From contig CBDDRH010000110.1 of NCBI GenBank assembly GCA_965233025.1, forward strand, positions 14,272 to 78,271: DNA of 64,000 nucleotides, in the 5' to 3' direction. Each line of letters starts with the position of its first letter. Within the stretch, counting starts at the first letter, position 1. Made by a program: the position numbers and the translations under genes. This document shows positions 59,915-64,000 of the stretch, piece by piece. This stretch comes from an uncultured bacterium (lineage in GTDB: Bacteria; Nitrospirota; Nitrospiria; Nitrospirales; Nitrospiraceae). Under the pieces are notes generated by a model that saw only the letters and a list, made by a program, of their open reading frames with translations, made no database searches and was not told the DNA's origin.

Positions 59915-60199
59915 AAATTGTACTGTATTAGGGGCAACCGACTGTGCCGGTCGGTTTGGAATACCGGAGGGGCCAGGGGTTGTCCCCTATTGCCTTGAGC
60001 CGGTAATGCACGATTTGGTGGAACCGAATCACTTGATAGAGACCTATCGGACCTATAACCATTGGACTGTAGATGTACCATACGACGGGATGGCGAGCAA
60101 GCATACGATGAAAACACGCCACAATTTCAAGTAGTTGCGCTTTATGTCCGCAGAAAATCTGAAGAATTCAGAAAAGTAAACTGGCTGAAACTTGTATAT

Positions 60200-60877
60200 T
60201 TATGAGTCATCTCGAAATACAAAAGCCTGGAGATCAAGAGAGGATTCAAGACGGGAGGCGGCGGCTTCTGCTTGGGCTTCCCTGGAAAATTGGCCGACCT
60301 GGACTCGATATCGCTTTCCTTCCGGCAAATCAATAACCTGGATTCTACCACCCGGGTAGAGCTTTTTCGCACGTTCCAAAAGGTTGAGCGCATTCTGTTG
60401 ATCGGAAAAAGACCCGACTTGCACTCGTAAGACCCCCATCTCAGCCGTCCTACCTTGATACCCGATGACCCGCAACTCAATCTCGTCAGTTCCTGCCCCG
60501 ATCATCATCAACGCCTGCGCCCCGGCAAGTGAGAGATCGAGCACCCGCCCCCTGGCAAAAGGACCGCGATCGTTAATCCGGACAGTCACCTGTCGACCAG
60601 TGTTCATTGATCGAACCACAGCAATTGAACCGAGCGGCAACGTCCGATGAGCAGCCGTTAGCTGATGCATGTCATACCGTTCGCCATTTGCCGTCTTGTT
60701 TCCGTGAAATCCTGGGCCATACCATGAGGCCACCCCGCGCTCGACGAAGCCAATAGGATAGCCCGGGAAATAGGTAGGTTTAGGGGTGCCACTGCACGCG
60801 GCCAAGGCACTGACCATGAGAAGTATGAGAAGTAGGGCCGAGCAGCGAGACCAGGAAGCGTGAGCTCTGCGTGGCAT
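60200..60877 (-). CDS. rlpA: septal ring lytic transglycosylase RlpA family lipoprotein (DPBB + SPOR)
   Basis: Lipobox ALAACSG. GVASWYGPGFHGNKTANGERYD, AHRTLPLGS, VRINDRGPF. C-terminal SPOR-like VQVGSFSDQQNA. Confidence 0.9.
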   Translation of the reverse strand: MPRRAHASWSRCSALLLILLMVSALAACSGTPKPTYFPGYPIGFVERGVASWYGPGFHGNKTANGERYDMHQLTAAHRTLPLGSIAVVRSMNTGRQVTVRINDRGPFARGRVLDLSLAGAQALMMIGAGTDEIELRVIGYQGRTAEMGVLRVQVGSFSDQQNALNLLERAKKLYPGGRIQVIDLPEGKRYRVQVGQFSREAQAEAAASRLESSLDLQAFVFRDDS

Positions 60878-60892
60878 ATCTAGTAGGGTGTG

Positions 60893-60910
60893 GACTTTTT
60901 CAGCATGCTA
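60893..60910 (-). repeat. solo family A terminal motif between the ACT gene and rlpA
   Basis: In gene orientation the sequence reads TAG-TAGCATGCTGAAAAAGTC, starting immediately after the ACT-gene stop codon (60911..60913). Confidence 0.6.
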
Positions 60911-61321
60911 CTAGAACTCATCGAGTGATTGATCCTGCAAGATGGTAAGTGCTTTCGCCGTGTTTGAAACTGTCAGAACCACGATCGCGCGCTTCCCTTC
61001 GCGGGACGGGGTACAGTAGCCGCATTTAATATTGATACGAGCCTTGGTCAGCAGATCTGCCACTTCTTTCAACGCCCCCGGCTTATTTTCAAGGCTCAAC
61101 AGCAAGGCAGTTTCCTCCGTGAACTTGATCGTTGCCGCTTTCAGCGCCGCACGAGCCTCTTCAAGATCCGCAACCAACAATCTCAGCTTTCCCGTTCCGG
61201 CAACTTCTGGAGCAGAAAAAGCCTTGATGTTGACGTTCGCCTCACCGAGAACCTGGGCCACTTGAGCCAGGACGCCGGGCTTGCTCAATCCGCGAATGAC
61301 CAATTGTGTCGTTGTAGGCAT
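60911..61321 (-). CDS. tandem ACT domain protein
   Basis: Two ACT-like repeats (LVIRGLSKPGVLAQVAQVLGEANVNI and LLLSLENKPGALKEVADLLTKARINI). Start ATG 61321 (ORF track 61441). Confidence 0.75.
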   Translation of the reverse strand: MPTTTQLVIRGLSKPGVLAQVAQVLGEANVNIKAFSAPEVAGTGKLRLLVADLEEARAALKAATIKFTEETALLLSLENKPGALKEVADLLTKARINIKCGYCTPSREGKRAIVVLTVSNTAKALTILQDQSLDEF

Positions 61322-61418
61322 AGGCGTTACTCCATGGCGTGAGGCATGTGATTCGGTTCTATCGAAACCAAGGCCTGCACCGATGATAGATGAGCCAACT
61401 GTGTTAAACAGGTGCCGT

Positions 61419-61826
61419 TTAGCGCACCTGACATAAACCATTCACAAACGTGTATTCGTAAATACCGCTAACGGGGACCGAAGCGTCCCCTGCCAGTTTC
61501 TGTGCCGATTCCTTGAGGCCGCGAGGCACGAGCAAATAGAATGGGATGCCATGCACAACCGTCTCTTTCCATTCTGAAACGGTTGCGACATCTCTGATCG
61601 AATCATCGGTTTCCACCTCAGCCATCCATTCCACCCTGTTGCCGGCTGAACTCACCTGCCACCCGACGATATCGCACTGTTGCTGAGGATCGGCCCAGGG
61701 GTTTTCATCAAGACTGGTGTGAATCGTGACCTTACAATGAAAGGCCTTTGCCCATCGCTGCGCCACCCAACTCACGACCTGATCGTGAACTGTGACAATC
61801 CCTTGCTCGCGAAGCACCGAACTCAT
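61419..61826 (-). CDS. hypothetical protein (possible restriction-endonuclease-like fold)
   Basis: 135 aa from ATG 61826 (ORF track start 61940 overlaps nrdJ by 100 nt). The pattern QCDIVGW ... WMAEVETDD resembles a D...ExE/K nuclease-core arrangement. This is weak inference. Confidence 0.45.
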   Translation of the reverse strand: MSSVLREQGIVTVHDQVVSWVAQRWAKAFHCKVTIHTSLDENPWADPQQQCDIVGWQVSSAGNRVEWMAEVETDDSIRDVATVSEWKETVVHGIPFYLLVPRGLKESAQKLAGDASVPVSGIYEYTFVNGLCQVR

Positions 61827-61839
61827 TGAGTCTTCTCTC

Positions 61840-64000
61840 TTACGAGCAACCGCTCGTGGTGCCGCAGGTTTCACACTTGAGACAGGTCCCGTTCCGTACC
61901 ATGGTGAACTGCTTGCACTCGGAGCATGGATCTCCCTCATAGCCCTTTTGGCGAGCCACTTGGATGGCCGTCAAAGTCAGCGTTTCACGCTTCAATTCGA
62001 CGGTATGGGCGACGTTCCCGTTTCCATTTCCGTGACCGTTGCCCTTATGCCGCGGTATCGCGCCGCGTCGTGAAGGAAATAGATCCGTGCTGATCGATGA
62101 CGAGGCCAACGTTTCAGGAGTAGCTTCCTCCTCGACACATTCAGGATCTTGCTCGTCCATTTTGACGGAATCCATTCGAAGATCCTCTTCCTGGACCTGT
62201 GCCAAGTCATAGCGGTCAAGATAGGTCACGGCAAGCTCTCGGAAGATGTAATCAATGATCGACGTGGACATTTTGATACGGTCGTTCAATTTGACCGGCC
62301 CGTTTGGCTCAAAGCGGGTAAACACGAATGCTTCGACAAACTCCTCCAGCGGGACGCCATGCTGGAGGCCCAGTGAAATAGCAATGGCGAAACAGTTCAT
62401 GAGGCTGCGGAATGCAGCCCCTTCCTTGTGCATATCGAGGAAGATTTCGCCGCAAGTGCCGTCCTCATACTCACCCGTGCGCAGATAGAGCTTGTGCCCC
62501 CCGACGACGGCTTTCTGTGTGTACCCATTGCGTCTGGCCGGAAGTGGCCGGCGCTTCGCGAGGTACCGTACCAACACTCGTTCGGTAATCTTTTCCGCAA
62601 TCGACAATATTTCTGACGACGCTTCGACGGTCTTGCCGCTGTCTGTTGAAGCCGACAACGGTTGGCTCAACTTCGAGCCGTCGCGATACAGAGCCACAGC
62701 CTTGACCATGCTCTTCCAGGCAAACAAATAGGCCGATTTCACTTCTTCCAGCGTCGCATCAGCCGGCATGTTGATCGTTTTGCTGATGGCGCCGCTGATG
62801 AATGGTTGCGCCGCCGCCATCATGCGGATATGCGCATCGACGGCGATATATCGCTGACCGATCCGGCCGCAGCGATTGGCGCAATCGAAGTTCGGCAGGT
62901 GCTCGCTTTTGAGATGTGGCGCCCCTTCCACCGTCATGGTGCCGCAGCAATAATCGTTGGCAGCGGCGATCTCTTCTTGTGTGAATCCCAGCGCTTTCAG
63001 CATATTGAAGTTGGATTCATTCAATTGCGCGTCGGTCAACCCCAACTTCTCTCGGCAGAAGTTCTCACCCAACGCATACTTATTAAATGTAAATTGAATC
63101 TCAAAAGCCTGGGACAAACCGCCTTCCATTCGCGCGAGTGCGGCATCGTCGAACCCCTTCTGCCTCAGGGTCTCATGGTTGATGAATGGCGCGGTCTGCA
63201 GGGTTTGCCGGCCAACGCAATAGTTCACGATGTCCTGAATTTGAGACTCGGTATACTCCAAGGTTTTGAGGGCGGCGGGGATGCTTTGATTGATGATCTT
63301 GAAATAGCCTCCGCCGGCCAGTTTTTTGAATTTGACAAGCGCGAAATCCGGCTCGATGCCTGTCGTATCGCAATCCATCACGAGCCCGATCGTACCAGTA
63401 GGAGCAATGACCGTGACCTGCGCATTGCGATACCCATACGCCGTCCCCAATTCGAGGGCACGGTCCCAGGCACGGCGCGCCGCCACAAGCAACTCGGGAG
63501 GACAATGTTCCGGCTGAATCCCTATTGGAGTAATCGTCAAATCTTCATACTCTTCCGGAGCGGCATTATACGAAGCTCGCCGGTGATTACGGATGACGCG
63601 CAACATGGCTTCGCGGTTTTTCGCATAACCCGGAAAGGGCCACAGCTCTGCGGCCATTTCTGCCGATGTGCTATAGGCCTCGCCGGTCATGATGGCGGTC
63701 AGCGCACCGCTGATGGCCAGTGCTTTAGGTGAATCGTACGGAATGCCTTGCCGCATCAGCACCGTGCCCAAGTTGGCATAGCCAAGCCCCAGTGTTCGAA
63801 ACTCAAAACTCCTCTCGGCAATCGCACGGCTGGGAAACGAAGCCATAAGGACGCTGATCTCCAGTACGATCGTCCAGAGGCGCACGGCGTGGCGGAAGTT
63901 TTCCAATTCGAATTGGGCGTCGGTCGAGAAGAATTGGCCAAGGTTGAGCGAAGCCAAGTTGCATGCCGTATCGTCGAGGAACATGTATTCGGAGCAAGGA
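61840..64000 (-). CDS. nrdJ: class II (adenosylcobalamin-dependent) ribonucleotide reductase, partial (N-terminus beyond window end)
   Basis: The frame stays open to 64000. [22 protein letters not shown], and the C-terminal Cys cluster [28 protein letters not shown] are typical of NrdJ tails. Confidence 0.9.
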   Translation of the reverse strand, partial: PCSEYMFLDDTACNLASLNLGQFFSTDAQFELENFRHAVRLWTIVLEISVLMASFPSRAIAERSFEFRTLGLGYANLGTVLMRQGIPYDSPKALAISGALTAIMTGEAYSTSAEMAAELWPFPGYAKNREAMLRVIRNHRRASYNAAPEEYEDLTITPIGIQPEHCPPELLVAARRAWDRALELGTAYGYRNAQVTVIAPTGTIGLVMDCDTTGIEPDFALVKFKKLAGGGYFKIINQSIPAALKTLEYTESQIQDIVNYCVGRQTLQTAPFINHETLRQKGFDDAALARMEGGLSQAFEIQFTFNKYALGENFCREKLGLTDAQLNESNFNMLKALGFTQEEIAAANDYCCGTMTVEGAPHLKSEHLPNFDCANRCGRIGQRYIAVDAHIRMMAAAQPFISGAISKTINMPADATLEEVKSAYLFAWKSMVKAVALYRDGSKLSQPLSASTDSGKTVEASSEILSIAEKITERVLVRYLAKRRPLPARRNGYTQKAVVGGHKLYLRTGEYEDGTCGEIFLDMHKEGAAFRSLMNCFAIAISLGLQHGVPLEEFVEAFVFTRFEPNGPVKLNDRIKMSTSIIDYIFRELAVTYLDRYDLAQVQEEDLRMDSVKMDEQDPECVEEEATPETLASSSISTDLFPSRRGAIPRHKGNGHGNGNGNVAHTVELKRETLTLTAIQVARQKGYEGDPCSECKQFTMVRNGTCLKCETCGTTSGCS

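Noticed and set aside
62662-63732. 356-aa plus-strand ORF
   Set aside because: It is antisense to the class II ribonucleotide reductase gene, with no recognisable motifs. It is a shadow ORF.
1-64000. Genomic island, prophage or defence-system signatures across the window
   Set aside because: I recognised no integrase, transposase, recombinase, reverse transcriptase, restriction-modification, toxin-antitoxin pair or phage structural gene. The only tRNA gene has no adjacent integrase or direct repeat of its 3' end.

Overview
The window is a 64-kb, almost fully coding chromosomal segment of a diderm bacterium, since Pal, Lnt, LolCDE, RlpA and Wza/Wzc are all present. The proteins and repeat types look Nitrospirota-like, but I could not verify that without a database. 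Left to right on the minus strand: a Wzx/Wzy-dependent exopolysaccharide operon (RHH, HD-GYP, Wza, Wzc, Wzy-like, two GT4, flippase, methyltransferase, GT2) with chained start/stop overlaps. Then comEC, the conserved block glmM-folP-ftsH-hpt-tilS-ribF, and a heme cluster (hemB, CBS, cobA/hemD fusion, hemC, hemA, ccsA/hemX-like). The middle holds rsmI, a TusA-like gene, an orphan secreted protein, tRNA-Leu(CAA), a yggX-like gene, two tandem DUF151/BFN nuclease paralogs, rplM-rpsI and argC-argJ. It continues with a DNA topoisomerase VI B+A gene pair, PilZ, two lipoproteins including pal, lnt, prfB (programmed +1 frameshift), lysS, lolCDE-type genes and an outer-membrane barrel plus lipoprotein. 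The right end holds a complete trpEGDCFBA operon, ligA, a CNNM/CorC-type gene, rlpA, an ACT protein, an orphan, and a partial class II ribonucleotide reductase. The items most worth a second look are: (1) the archaeal-type Topo VI pair in a core bacterial neighbourhood, with a basic tail on the B subunit and a 415-nt leader; (2) a ~125-bp inverted-repeat element family whose terminus sits on or directly after stop codons of four genes and brackets argJ; (3) a second structured repeat family with 9-nt periodicity, one copy between hemA and hemC and supplying the likely hemC start; (4) an HD-GYP phosphodiesterase translationally coupled to the polysaccharide export genes. I found no CRISPR array, transposase, integrase or phage genes. 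I did not find a convincing, wholly new multi-gene system. Start codons that differ from the ORF track are my inference.
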